From sequence record PZ386974.1: a DNA stretch of 64,000 bases. One strand, given 5' to 3'. The DNA is from a phage. The notes below the pieces were generated by a model. That model did not search any database. It was not told where the DNA came from and saw nothing but the letters and a program-made list of their open reading frames with translations. How positions within the stretch are numbered: position 1 is the first letter of the stretch; each line of letters opens with the position of its first letter. Made by a program: the position numbers and the translations under genes. This document shows positions 9,089 through 18,650 of the stretch, piece after piece.

Positions 9089-10189
9089 TTACGCTGTGAA
9101 GATTTTATCCCACATCGCAACAACTGCATCTCGATTATACTTCTTCCATACTGCTTCAGCACGTTTAACTCGAGCTTCGTATGTGTCAGTGAATTCTAAT
9201 ACAGCTTTTGTGTAAAGCGCAACTACTTCTTTCTTAGGAGTAGAGGAATCAATTTCTACACGCACAGTATCTGGGTCATATTCGAATGTCGCGTGCGGAT
9301 AATCCTTAAAAACTAACTGGATTACAGGGACACCTTTAGAGATGGCTTCAATAGAACTATTCTCTACCGTACCTGTGTCAGGACACGTATTAATAAGTGC
9401 TTTAGCTGTTTTAAGACGTTCCATAATTTCACTGTGTGGAGCATCAATAATAACAGGATATTTAGCCGGTGGTGCCCATTTACTAGGACAGTATCCTACA
9501 CCATTTTCGCCTAGTGCTTTAATCGCTTCAAGAGCAACATCAGTACGACGCATTTTAGTGTCATAACGTTGTGCACTAATAATCAGATCAGTCGCCGGAA
9601 GAACTTCAGGTTTCTCATTCAAACAAATAACCGGATAATCTTCGGCTTCAAACAACGGATTTGCTCGCCAATAATCATAATCAATTTTGTCAGTCAGACC
9701 CGAAGTCATATAACAATATTTACGTTCAAATTCACGGAAGGCTTTAGTAGGAGCATAACTCTTACCACCATTCTTATGAATTTGAATAGTCTGGTCCCAA
9801 ATTTGAACAATGCCACGAGATACCGGTTCAAATGGTGTTGCCATAAAATTCTTATGAACTTTAGAGAGACCTGCGTCTTTAATTGCCTGAACGGTTAGTT
9901 TGGTCGGTTCCATTGTAACAACGAAATCATACTCATTAATGCCGGCTAGTTCAACAATCTTACGAGCCATAGTATAACTCATACCTAGACTGAATTTAGT
10001 CAGATGACCAACAGGATGATGATTAACTTTCCAATCACCAAATGTGTCATTATCAAAACCGATATAATCAATATCGGCACCGATGGACACAAGATATTTC
10101 AACACATTTAAATGTACTGCTTCAAGACCACCTTGTACACGTTCTGGGTTAAATGGGACTGCGCGAGATGGGATAAACATAACTTTCAT
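9089..10189 (-). CDS. GT-B fold glycosyltransferase, candidate hmC-DNA pentosyl(arabinosyl)transferase
   Basis: 366 aa; C-terminal segment TGTVENSSIEAISKGVPVI resembles GT4-type donor-binding motif; sits where T4 has gene 60/mobA. Confidence 0.6.
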   Translation of the reverse strand: MKVMFIPSRAVPFNPERVQGGLEAVHLNVLKYLVSIGADIDYIGFDNDTFGDWKVNHHPVGHLTKFSLGMSYTMARKIVELAGINEYDFVVTMEPTKLTVQAIKDAGLSKVHKNFMATPFEPVSRGIVQIWDQTIQIHKNGGKSYAPTKAFREFERKYCYMTSGLTDKIDYDYWRANPLFEAEDYPVICLNEKPEVLPATDLIISAQRYDTKMRRTDVALEAIKALGENGVGYCPSKWAPPAKYPVIIDAPHSEIMERLKTAKALINTCPDTGTVENSSIEAISKGVPVIQLVFKDYPHATFEYDPDTVRVEIDSSTPKKEVVALYTKAVLEFTDTYEARVKRAEAVWKKYNRDAVVAMWDKIFTA

Positions 10190-10200
10190 AATTAAGCCTT

Positions 10201-10233
10201 ATTAAAATTAAAATGAAGCTCCCGAAGGAGCTT
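10201..10233 (-). terminator. intrinsic terminator, UUCG-tetraloop hairpin AAGCTCC/GGAGCTT plus U-rich tail
   Basis: Overlaps gene 39 stop codon. Confidence 0.5.
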
Positions 10234-12049
10234 AGGACATCCATTCTTTACGAAGTTCTGAATCATCACCCATCAACATTTCAAAGAGTTCTTTCCAATT
10301 TTCAGGAAGTTTAACTACGTCGTACACAGGGTTCTGAATCATTTCACGATATTCTGACTTTTCAAGGGAGCCTAATCCCTTGATGTATCGAATACTATGC
10401 TTAGGCAGTGTATATTTAACTTCTTCATACTCAGCTACAGTATAAAACCATTTTTGAGTTTTGCCAATTTGTGCAATAATTACAGGTGTTTTAACAAAGC
10501 GAATACGTCCTTGTTCAAACAATTCAGGCCAATTACTAAAGAAAGCAAGCAAAGCTGGATAAATGCTTCCAAGACCGTCATGATCGGCATCAGTCATAAT
10601 TGCAATATTACGATAGTTCGTATTCTCTGCCTTTTCACCAAGAATAAGACCTGTGATAGCACAGATATCAAAGAGCTCTTTGTTCTTCATCATATCAGCA
10701 TATGACATACCCCAGCTATTCATCACCTTACCACGTAATGGGAATCCACCATGTAGTTCACGGTCACGAACATCAATGAGATAACCAATTGCCGAATCAC
10801 CTTCTGTTAAGAACAATGTCGTATCTGCATCTTTACCACATTGGTTAGCTTTAATATGCTTATGAACCTTAGCTTTAGTTGCCTTTTTAGCTGCTTTAGT
10901 TTCTGCAGCCTTTTCTGCCGCCAATTTACGAGCTAATGCTGCTTCAACAATAGGCATAATCAAGGCTTCGTTTTTAAGAAGTGCCTGAGCAATTTTCTTA
11001 GCATCTAATTGGATATGATTACGAATATCACCATATGTTGACGTTAAACGTTCTTTAGTCTGAGAATCAAAACGCATGTTGCTCATGTCTCTAATAAACA
11101 TCAACATTGTGAGACATTCTTTAACACGAGCTTTAGTGACTTCAATACCCTTATATTTCTTTTTAATACCGGGCAAAAGATGTTCGCAGATATCATCCAT
11201 TACACATTCAACATGATGACCACCATTTTTAGTATGGATGTTATTCACATAAGTTAAATGACGGAAGCCATCTGGTGATGTTGTGAATGCTATAGAGACT
11301 TTATCATTTTCTTGAATGATGTTATCTTCGCCAAATTGTTTAGCAAATCGTTTAAAATTACCATCAACCTTTTTACCATTAAATGTGAACTTGATATCAG
11401 GATAAACGACTGCCAACGTTTGAAGTCGGTCTAAAGTAATATCTAAATAAACTTGAGATAAATTATGCTCTTCAAATGAAGAGAAATCAGGAGTGAAGAT
11501 TACTTTAGTGCCTTTACCTTTAGATTTCTTAGAAGACCATGATTTGTTTTCCATTCCGTTTGAACAGTTAACAGTGATTTCATTTTCGCCATCTGACGTG
11601 ATGCCTGTAAACAACGTAGAGAAGATATTAGTTAAACTACTCCCGACGCCGTTCATACCACCAGTCTTGCGTTCAGAGTCATCACCAAAGTTACCACCGG
11701 CCTTTGGAATAGTCCAGGCTGCTACAGGCCCAGGAATTTGTTCACCTGTTTGGTCTGTAACTAAACCTTGAGGAATACCACGTCCGTTATCTTCCACCGA
11801 AACTTGATTATTTTTAATTTGCACATCAATTTTATTTGCAAACTTAAATGATGTACGAATAGCTTCATCAACCGAGTTGTCAATAATCTCATCGATTAAT
11901 TTAACCAGACCAGGAACATATTCAACTTGCTGATATTTACCAAACAAAAAACGCTCATGTGCTTCTTTGGCCGAAGAACCAATATACATACCACTGCGTT
12001 TCTTAATATGTTCTACATCTGACAATACCTTAATTTCATTTTTAATCAT
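10232..12049 (-). CDS. 39: DNA topoisomerase II large subunit (GyrB-like), unsplit
   Basis: 605 aa single ORF; N-terminus MIKNEIKVLSDVEHIKKRSGMYIGS matches recalled T4 gp39; GAGGAGA SD. Confidence 0.9.
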   Translation of the reverse strand: MIKNEIKVLSDVEHIKKRSGMYIGSSAKEAHERFLFGKYQQVEYVPGLVKLIDEIIDNSVDEAIRTSFKFANKIDVQIKNNQVSVEDNGRGIPQGLVTDQTGEQIPGPVAAWTIPKAGGNFGDDSERKTGGMNGVGSSLTNIFSTLFTGITSDGENEITVNCSNGMENKSWSSKKSKGKGTKVIFTPDFSSFEEHNLSQVYLDITLDRLQTLAVVYPDIKFTFNGKKVDGNFKRFAKQFGEDNIIQENDKVSIAFTTSPDGFRHLTYVNNIHTKNGGHHVECVMDDICEHLLPGIKKKYKGIEVTKARVKECLTMLMFIRDMSNMRFDSQTKERLTSTYGDIRNHIQLDAKKIAQALLKNEALIMPIVEAALARKLAAEKAAETKAAKKATKAKVHKHIKANQCGKDADTTLFLTEGDSAIGYLIDVRDRELHGGFPLRGKVMNSWGMSYADMMKNKELFDICAITGLILGEKAENTNYRNIAIMTDADHDGLGSIYPALLAFFSNWPELFEQGRIRFVKTPVIIAQIGKTQKWFYTVAEYEEVKYTLPKHSIRYIKGLGSLEKSEYREMIQNPVYDVVKLPENWKELFEMLMGDDSELRKEWMS

Positions 12050-12090
12050 GTTGTCTCCTCGTTATGAAGGTATTCTATCATCCGAAATCT

Positions 12091-12112
12091 AAAGCAAAAA
12101 GGGCCGAAGCCC
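12091..12112 (-). terminator. intrinsic terminator, UUCG-tetraloop hairpin GGGC/GCCC plus UUUUU
   Basis: Between 39.1-position ORF and gene 39. Confidence 0.5.
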
Positions 12113-12535
12113 TTATTTAAATTTAATTTTCTGAAGTGCATCAATTGCAGCCAAACGCCCTTGTTCACTTTTAACTGTAATGACCACATCGCCTGATACG
12201 ATCACCGAACCATCAACAAATTCTATAGAGCCTTTTTTGAAATCGACAGCTGTATCTGGTTCCGGAACTTCTTCAAAGAATTTAAATTCTGCACCATAAA
12301 GCAGAATATCACCTTGCATACTAATGATTGTACGTCCAGGTCCATCGGTTTCAGCGGCAATCATTGAAACACCGTAACCAATCATCTCTTCTACAATAAA
12401 ATCTCTTGATAATAAAACTGTATGCAGAGTAGTGTTAAGACGTTTACCAGTTGTATTAAGAATTCTCAAGAAATTATCTTCTTGACCTTTGATAATACGA
12501 TATTTCTTACCAACTTCAAAACCTTTAAAAGCCAT
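12113..12535 (-). CDS. hypothetical protein (140 aa; 39.1 position)
   Basis: ATG start; followed by UUCG-loop terminator. Confidence 0.5.
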   Translation of the reverse strand: MAFKGFEVGKKYRIIKGQEDNFLRILNTTGKRLNTTLHTVLLSRDFIVEEMIGYGVSMIAAETDGPGRTIISMQGDILLYGAEFKFFEEVPEPDTAVDFKKGSIEFVDGSVIVSGDVVITVKSEQGRLAAIDALQKIKFK

Positions 12536-12537
12536 AA

Positions 12538-12717
12538 TTAACCCTTCTTAAGTAAGTCGTAAAAACCACCGTTCACATGTTTAGGAGCAGAAACCCGACG
12601 AGTAGACAGACGATGACATTCAGGGCAAACATCGTTTTCTCGTTCAGAAATCCTTTTAATTTTTTCATATTCATGGCCACAATCTTCAGATTGGCATTTA
12701 TAGTCGTATAACGGCAT
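12538..12717 (-). CDS. FmdB-like zinc-ribbon protein (59 aa), below track threshold
   Basis: Translation [59 protein letters not shown]; two CxxC pairs; TAATG-coupled to upstream ORF. Confidence 0.45.
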   Translation of the reverse strand: MPLYDYKCQSEDCGHEYEKIKRISERENDVCPECHRLSTRRVSAPKHVNGGFYDLLKKG

Positions 12718-13130
12718 TATTGTTCCTTAAAGTGAGCTTTCAACATTTGATACAAAGACCATGCCTGGTCATTATTTTCGATAGTAATCGTCATCACAGG
12801 AAATTCAGACAATTCGTCAAGTTCACCAGAATCTTGCTCTTCGGACGCTTGATATGGATTTCCAACTTCGTCAAAGAACTCTGCTTCATTCGTGGAGAGC
12901 CAGATAAAGTTTTCATCAAGGATATCACCACCTGTTGCGTATCCAACCATGCCAGTAGATGTCACAATTTTAGTAGGACGACCAAGATGGTCAACATCTA
13001 ATACTTTAAATGGTTCCATGCCAAGACGTCGTGCATAAATCCCATTATCAGTGTGGTCTTTAATAAACTCTTCTTGGGCACGTTTATCTATGAACTGATA
13101 CCATTTATTAACTTCAAATTTATTAGCCAT
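12717..13130 (-). CDS. hypothetical protein (137 aa; goF position)
   Basis: Track start is TTG; ATG at 13130 with GGAAGGAA SD. Confidence 0.5.
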   Translation of the reverse strand: MANKFEVNKWYQFIDKRAQEEFIKDHTDNGIYARRLGMEPFKVLDVDHLGRPTKIVTSTGMVGYATGGDILDENFIWLSTNEAEFFDEVGNPYQASEEQDSGELDELSEFPVMTITIENNDQAWSLYQMLKAHFKEQ

Positions 13131-13357
13131 TAGTAAGTTTCCTTCCAATAAGTTGTGCCGTTTTCAGTGATTTCACGGAAGATACCATAGATAGGCATTT
13201 CATCGCCGAGTTTTTCGTAAACGTAAACCACTTCGGTGTAGCATAAAAATTCGGTCCAGTTTTTCTGTACAACAACTAAATCAGGATTAAACAGAACATC
13301 TTCAAACTCATCAATGTTTGAATCAGTAGTTACGTTTTTAATGATTTGACGTTTCAT
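13130..13357 (-). CDS. hypothetical protein (75 aa; cef position)
   Basis: Track start at 13402 lies inside promoter element; ATG at 13357 with AGGAGA SD. Confidence 0.4.
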   Translation of the reverse strand: MKRQIIKNVTTDSNIDEFEDVLFNPDLVVVQKNWTEFLCYTEVVYVYEKLGDEMPIYGIFREITENGTTYWKETY

Positions 13358-13385
13358 AATATTCTCCTCTTGTTTTGATAGGTCT

Positions 13386-13413
13386 ATAGTATCATAGGCC
13401 ATAGTTGTTGTAC
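13386..13413 (-). promoter_or_regulatory. early-type promoter cassette variant (GTACAA ... TACTAT AGACCTATCA)
   Basis: Upstream of 75-aa ORF. Confidence 0.4.
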
Positions 13414-13414
13414 A

Positions 13415-13939
13415 TCATTTTAGCAAAATAAAATCAACTTGTTCTGCCAATGAACGTCTAAACATTAATTGACAACTTCCGAGGATGAAATCAGGTGCTT
13501 CATAGACAGCGATGTAGTATCCTTTAGCTTTCAAGAGTTCAACATCCACCTGGTCATCAAACCATGCATAAACCGCGTCAACACTTTCAAATCCAAAATA
13601 GAACCCTTGAGCCCAATCTTCACTCAATTCAAATGTGTGCTCAATTCTATGGTATCTTAAGATATTTTGTTCAAGGAGTTTGTCTTCATTTACTGTAGGA
13701 CGATTAGGGACATTATAGTTGTCGCCGTGATGGTAGAAGTTACCTGAGATTATTCCGTGTTTATCAAGGAACTCCCATGTTTCTTCAGAGTTGTCGGTGC
13801 CAGACCAACCGTATGGCGAGCGAGGTTCTTTATTCCAAGAGGTTTCCCAAATTCTGACGGCTTTACCGTCTTCGATAGCAATTCCTGGTAATGATTCACG
13901 TTGAGTACAAAAACTACGTTCTACGCGGTAAACTAACAT
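13415..13939 (-). CDS. hypothetical protein (174 aa; motB position)
   Basis: ATG with GAGGAGA SD; own early promoter. Confidence 0.5.
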   Translation of the reverse strand: MLVYRVERSFCTQRESLPGIAIEDGKAVRIWETSWNKEPRSPYGWSGTDNSEETWEFLDKHGIISGNFYHHGDNYNVPNRPTVNEDKLLEQNILRYHRIEHTFELSEDWAQGFYFGFESVDAVYAWFDDQVDVELLKAKGYYIAVYEAPDFILGSCQLMFRRSLAEQVDFILLK

Positions 13940-13965
13940 ATTATTCTCCTCTGGTTGATAGGTCT

Positions 13966-13994
13966 ATAATACCAAAACCAGAGGAGAAGTAAAC
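13966..13994 (-). promoter_or_regulatory. early-type promoter cassette (GTTTAC-N17-TATTAT AGACCTATCA)
   Basis: Upstream of 174-aa ORF. Confidence 0.5.
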
Positions 13995-13998
13995 AACT

Positions 13999-14418
13999 TT
14001 ATGCGAAAGCCGCTGGGCTATATTTTTTAATTTGGAATTCAGGAACTACCATGAACTGTCCAGCAAAAACAATATTGTAGAGCTTGACGCCATCTTCTAT
14101 CCAACGGTCGCTAATAAATCCGGCGATTTGCTTAGTTTTCCATGGCGTTCCATCAGTTGCCGCAGCAATAGTGAATTCATGGTCTTTTTCAACAGAAACT
14201 GATCTGCATAGTCCCCATTTGAACGCACGTTCTTCTGGCTCAATGAACTGGCTTGAGACGTAGCCAATATTACCATTGGCATCACGAACTTTAACTTGGT
14301 TACGACCAAAAACCGGATCACTCACAGAAAGAACTTCAACCAACTTCCCGGCAACTTTAGAGCGAGAAGCAACAGATACATATACGTAATCACCTGTAGA
14401 GAGATTTACAATATTCAT
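13999..14418 (-). CDS. hypothetical protein, tandem paralog family member A (139 aa)
   Basis: Shares C-terminal motif GFISDxWIEDGxKLYNIVFxGxF with next two ORFs. Confidence 0.5.
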   Translation of the reverse strand: MNIVNLSTGDYVYVSVASRSKVAGKLVEVLSVSDPVFGRNQVKVRDANGNIGYVSSQFIEPEERAFKWGLCRSVSVEKDHEFTIAAATDGTPWKTKQIAGFISDRWIEDGVKLYNIVFAGQFMVVPEFQIKKYSPAAFA

Positions 14419-14427
14419 AATAATTCC

Positions 14428-14892
14428 TTAAGCTTTACGAGGAGACACATAGCGAGTGATTTCAGATTCTTTAACAACTCGGAAGTCACCTAAGAATACG
14501 ATATTGTATAACTTTTCACCATCTTCAACCCATTGGTCACTAATGAAGCCACACATAGTATCAGTTTTGCTTGGATAACCGTATTCATCGATGAAGTCAA
14601 ATTCTTTATCGGTTATAAATTCAACGCCTTTGCAAAGGGCCCATTTGAACTGTGTAGTAGGCTCAACGATATCGCTTGAAGCAAAGTGGGCACTTACACG
14701 AGTTTCCAAGAATTTAGGACTTACATAGGCGAACTGAGTTTCAGTTTTTCCAGAACTAGGAATGATTCGAACTTTAACTTCTTTAATACGTCCCATGCCA
14801 TTTGTGCGAAGTCCGACAACTTCAACCAGACGACCTGCGGCTTTAGAACGGGATGCAGTTGATACACGCTTAATTTCACCAATATTAATCAT
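14428..14892 (-). CDS. hypothetical protein, tandem paralog family member B (154 aa)
   Basis: Start moved to ATG at 14892 by alignment with paralog A (MINIGEIKRVSTASRSKAAGRLVEV); track start lies in promoter element. Confidence 0.5.
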   Translation of the reverse strand: MINIGEIKRVSTASRSKAAGRLVEVVGLRTNGMGRIKEVKVRIIPSSGKTETQFAYVSPKFLETRVSAHFASSDIVEPTTQFKWALCKGVEFITDKEFDFIDEYGYPSKTDTMCGFISDQWVEDGEKLYNIVFLGDFRVVKESEITRYVSPRKA

Positions 14893-14923
14893 ATTTTTTC
14901 TCTCTTTGTTTAAATTGAATTCA

Positions 14924-14951
14924 TTATACTCCATCCATCCTTGGATGTACA
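14924..14951 (-). promoter_or_regulatory. early-type promoter cassette variant (TGTACA ... TATAAT)
   Basis: Upstream of paralog B; overlaps track-predicted N-terminal extension. Confidence 0.4.
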
Positions 14952-14954
14952 ACA

Positions 14955-15449
14955 TTAATTTAGAATATTAACCATAGCACTACGTGGAACTACACTAAAA
15001 TCACCTGCATGAACAACGTTCAGAAGTTCAACACCGTCTTCAATCCACTGATCAGTTACCCATCCACTCACTGGACCTGCGAACGGACGTCGAATTGAAA
15101 CAGCTTTACACAACAAATCAGTAGGCTCAATAGGCTTAATCAGAGTACCGTACATACAAGCGATATCCATATCAATACAGATGTCTTTAACGGGTTCTAC
15201 TTCTTCAATCAACAGTTCAAAGTCAGTGCTTGGAATGGCGGTAGTAGAAATTGTACCGTGTGAATTTTTAATTTCTAAGAATAACCAAGGGCCTTCAGCT
15301 TGTTTGATGAAGTTAACAATAGTGAAACTATTACCTTGAGTGGCACCTAAAATTTCACAAAACTTTTCATAAGCTCGCACTGAAGCACCGTACCAGTTGA
15401 TTTGTTTTTCGTCTTTCATGATGTAAGTAGCCGTAGTATTGATGTTCAT
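14955..15449 (-). CDS. hypothetical protein, tandem paralog family member C (164 aa)
   Basis: C-terminal motif WVTDQWIEDGVELLNVVHAGDF shared with paralogs A/B. Confidence 0.5.
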   Translation of the reverse strand: MNINTTATYIMKDEKQINWYGASVRAYEKFCEILGATQGNSFTIVNFIKQAEGPWLFLEIKNSHGTISTTAIPSTDFELLIEEVEPVKDICIDMDIACMYGTLIKPIEPTDLLCKAVSIRRPFAGPVSGWVTDQWIEDGVELLNVVHAGDFSVVPRSAMVNILN

Positions 15450-15480
15450 AATGTTTTTCCTGTTTGGTTAAGATAGAAAG

Positions 15481-15510
15481 ATTATACTCCAACCATCCTT
15501 GGTTGTAAAC
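15481..15510 (-). promoter_or_regulatory. early-type promoter cassette (GTTTAC-N18-TATAAT) with spacer hairpin CAACCA/TGGTTG
   Basis: 30 bp identical to 56985..57014; upstream of paralog C. Confidence 0.5.
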
Positions 15511-15515
15511 TGATT

Positions 15516-16193
15516 TTATCGCTGTTTTACACTTAACGGGTCAGGATTCTCAGGGACATCTTCAAGGCCAAGCGCATAACGCTGAGCATATTTTAACATC
15601 AAAATATCTTTAGCACAATCATGAATACTATCATGAGCAACGAATCCTTTTAGCGTACCCATCGGTAATGGACACATACTTAATCCTCGTGTCAACGAGT
15701 AAGCTTCGATTGCCGTACGAATATCACGTTGAGCCCAGAATTTAACCGGTTCTAATTTATCAGTATCAATCTCTGGTTCAAGAACACCTTCATCACGATA
15801 GAGGTCACGAATCAAATCGACCAAGATCGGGAAGTCAAAGCTCATACCGCGGCACCACATCTGTGATTTCCATTGGTCAACTTTATTAGCTCGACAATAA
15901 TCTAAAAAGATTTTAATGCCTTCAAGCGTAGTGACATCGTCTTCAGACGGAGCCAAGTTTTTACGCGCTTCAGCCGATTGTTCTTTCCACCATTTCATAG
16001 TGGATTTAGCGAAAACTCGCTTCCCTTTCTGAGAAGCTAAATTAAATTTAATTCGCTTACCTCGTTGAACAAGTTCTTCAAATGATTCAACAACTTCAGG
16101 GTCGGAATTATATGCAATAACCGCAAGGTCAATAACAGCCGCTTTTGATGTATTGCCGAATGTTTCAAAATCTATAATAACATCAGTGCTCAT
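15516..16193 (-). CDS. dexA: exonuclease A (DEDD-type)
   Basis: 225 aa; N-terminal DFETFG exonuclease motif; adjacent to dda as in T4. Confidence 0.75.
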   Translation of the reverse strand: MSTDVIIDFETFGNTSKAAVIDLAVIAYNSDPEVVESFEELVQRGKRIKFNLASQKGKRVFAKSTMKWWKEQSAEARKNLAPSEDDVTTLEGIKIFLDYCRANKVDQWKSQMWCRGMSFDFPILVDLIRDLYRDEGVLEPEIDTDKLEPVKFWAQRDIRTAIEAYSLTRGLSMCPLPMGTLKGFVAHDSIHDCAKDILMLKYAQRYALGLEDVPENPDPLSVKQR

Positions 16194-16202
16194 AATTTTC
16201 TC

Positions 16203-17516
16203 TCAAATAAAATGGACGTCAAACCGGCCACGAGTTGTGCCGACATACAATAACTGTTTAGCTAATTCCGAATCAGCATAATGGATACACGGTGTATAAA
16301 CAAAGGCCGTGTCAACAGACATACCCTGGGCCTTATGGAAGGTTGATACTGGTAGTGCCTTCACCTTAGTGAACATACGTTTAGCATCCCAGAATTCGCT
16401 CCATGGAGCTTTACCACCTTTATTCCAGAATTTGTATGTTTCTGCGGCCTTAGCCAAAAACAAATTGAATTTATAAAGCTCTTCTTCTGAAGAAATAACC
16501 TTTATATCTTCGCGGATGTATTCTTCATCATCCCCATATGTTTCTACTGTAAGATTCCAGTATCGTATCATATATTCGCCTGAAACACCACGTGCTTTAA
16601 CGAATGTAGACGTTTCTACAGCATCTCGAATACGAACGAATTGCCCGTTATTGAAAAGCATTTCGGTCATATTTTTACAATCTAGCTTATATGTCTTAGT
16701 AAATGGCTCTTGTAGAACAATGACTTCGTCTTTAATAAATGGTTTTTCTGTTTCAAGAAGTTTTCGGCGAATAATTGAATTTAACTTGTCCACCGACTTA
16801 TTTGTGAATGCCATCATTCGATTTTCGAAAAGGTCTTCAGGAGTTTTAACGACATTAAAATAGTTCGTCATATACGATTTAAGGTCTGTATATCCATGAA
16901 CACCATGCCCGTCAACTACTTTATCGTAAATCCATTTGCCATTACGAATATCAGTCGCAACATCAATAATTGGTGCATTGCTACGTTTAACTTCTGTAAG
17001 GTTGCATTGCACGAAGTCTTTGTGAGTGAAGAAAGGACTTAGATACGCAGTTGATTCGCCTGGATCTACCGGACGAATCTGGCATCGGTCGCCGATTCCA
17101 ATTACTGTACACCATTTAGGGATACTAGCTAACATTATTTTAAACAGAGAACGGTCGCACATTGACGCTTCATCAAATAACAGTACACGACACAAGGCTA
17201 AGTCGGGAACCTTTTTCTGTTCAAACAATACGTTTTCTTCGTATGTAGTTGGGTTGATTTTAAGAATGCTATGAATAGTCGATGCTTCTTGACCAGCAAG
17301 TTTGCTTAGAACCTTTTTAGCAGCATGTGTAGGGGCTGCTAAAATAATGCCTGATTCTCCGGCAGAAATAAGAGCTTCAACGATGAATCTAGTAAGGGTT
17401 GTTTTACCTGTACCAGCAGGCCCATTAATAGTTACGTGATGTTTCTTTTCTTTAATAGCTTTCATAACAACGTTGAAGGCGTTTTTCTGGCCTTCAGTCA
17501 AATCATCAAATGTCAT
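16203..17516 (-). CDS. dda: Dda DNA helicase (SF1)
   Basis: 437 aa; MTFDDLTEGQKNAF...GPAGTGKTT matches recalled T4 Dda. Confidence 0.9.
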   Translation of the reverse strand: MTFDDLTEGQKNAFNVVMKAIKEKKHHVTINGPAGTGKTTLTRFIVEALISAGESGIILAAPTHAAKKVLSKLAGQEASTIHSILKINPTTYEENVLFEQKKVPDLALCRVLLFDEASMCDRSLFKIMLASIPKWCTVIGIGDRCQIRPVDPGESTAYLSPFFTHKDFVQCNLTEVKRSNAPIIDVATDIRNGKWIYDKVVDGHGVHGYTDLKSYMTNYFNVVKTPEDLFENRMMAFTNKSVDKLNSIIRRKLLETEKPFIKDEVIVLQEPFTKTYKLDCKNMTEMLFNNGQFVRIRDAVETSTFVKARGVSGEYMIRYWNLTVETYGDDEEYIREDIKVISSEEELYKFNLFLAKAAETYKFWNKGGKAPWSEFWDAKRMFTKVKALPVSTFHKAQGMSVDTAFVYTPCIHYADSELAKQLLYVGTTRGRFDVHFI

Positions 17517-17824
17517 CGTAAAGTCCCTGCAATTGGAATACTAACAATACGGCCTGTGTCCAGGATTCGTTGATACAATCTTTGCGTCTCCGCATCTAGT
17601 TTAATGTGTTTCATTTCGAGCTTATTAAACCAGAACTTACGCGGAGTTTCGACCATTCTTAGAACTCCCATTTTTAAATCTGTTTTATACTGTGTTTTCA
17701 AAGTATCGAAAACTTTATCTGCAATATCCTTTCTAAAAAATACTGCAGGACGATGCTCATCAAGTGGAACCGGGACAGTAAATCCTTCCATATCTCGATA
17801 AACTATTGCATATACATAAACCAT
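17513..17824 (-). CDS. hypothetical protein (103 aa; dda.1 position)
   Basis: ATG start overlapping dda stop region. Confidence 0.5.
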   Translation of the reverse strand: MVYVYAIVYRDMEGFTVPVPLDEHRPAVFFRKDIADKVFDTLKTQYKTDLKMGVLRMVETPRKFWFNKLEMKHIKLDAETQRLYQRILDTGRIVSIPIAGTLR

Positions 17825-17826
17825 AA

Positions 17827-18573
17827 TTAACCTTTAATCAGTTGGAATAATGATGCGCTAAGTGGTAGGCCACGTTTCAATTTTAATTTACCAATGAAAC
17901 CAATCTTTTCAAAACGTTGCAGACCTTGGATAACTTTATCATATGTATCGAAAAGCGATTCAGCGTCAGTTAATTTAGTTTTAGTTTTCCAGTCAGAGCC
18001 TTTAAGAAGAACATTGAGTTTAGTAAGTTCATGGCCTTCTGCTTGATGTGAGCCATTAATGCGTGCTTTCAAAGCAACAATTCTAAGTTTAGATTCGTTA
18101 GATAAAGGTTGATTTTTCATCATGTTCGCCATATGCTTAACACGATTTTCACGTTTTGCTCGGATTTTTAAAATAGTGCCATAAACCTTTTTAATTTGGG
18201 CCCATTTCTTCTCGTCGAGATTAAGTTTCTCTACTTTACGGGCAGAAGGATTAGCGATACGTCTTGCAATGGCATCACGTTTCTCAATAAGTTCTTCTAA
18301 TGTTAAATCAGAACGAGCCGTGTTATATTTTTTCTTAACTGGGATGACATTACCTTTAATGTAGCCTATATCATTATTAAAACGTTCTAAGGATAATTTC
18401 TCACCTTCAACAGAGTTATTAAAAGATTCACCTGAGTAAGCGCAGACCTTTTGATCAAGAATGTTTTTAAGGTAATTAAAGTCTAAGTTAAAATCCTTAG
18501 AGCGTCTCTTCGCAGAAGCTCTGGTGTGGTCAAGACGACGATTGATTTTGTTAATTTTATTATTTGATAACAT
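17827..18573 (-). CDS. srd: Srd (sigma-70-like decoy/regulator)
   Basis: 248 aa; N-terminus MLSNNKI.KINRRLDHTRASA matches recalled T4 Srd; position between dda and mod genes. Confidence 0.65.
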   Translation of the reverse strand: MLSNNKINKINRRLDHTRASAKRRSKDFNLDFNYLKNILDQKVCAYSGESFNNSVEGEKLSLERFNNDIGYIKGNVIPVKKKYNTARSDLTLEELIEKRDAIARRIANPSARKVEKLNLDEKKWAQIKKVYGTILKIRAKRENRVKHMANMMKNQPLSNESKLRIVALKARINGSHQAEGHELTKLNVLLKGSDWKTKTKLTDAESLFDTYDKVIQGLQRFEKIGFIGKLKLKRGLPLSASLFQLIKG

Positions 18574-18622
18574 AATATTTTCCTCTGTCTTACGGACGTT
18601 AGGTCATTTAGCTGATAGGTCT

Positions 18623-18650
18623 ATAATATCATGCCCTCAGGTAGTGTACA
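18623..18650 (-). promoter_or_regulatory. early-type promoter cassette variant (TGTACA ... TATTAT AGACCTATCA)
   Basis: Upstream of srd. Confidence 0.4.
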
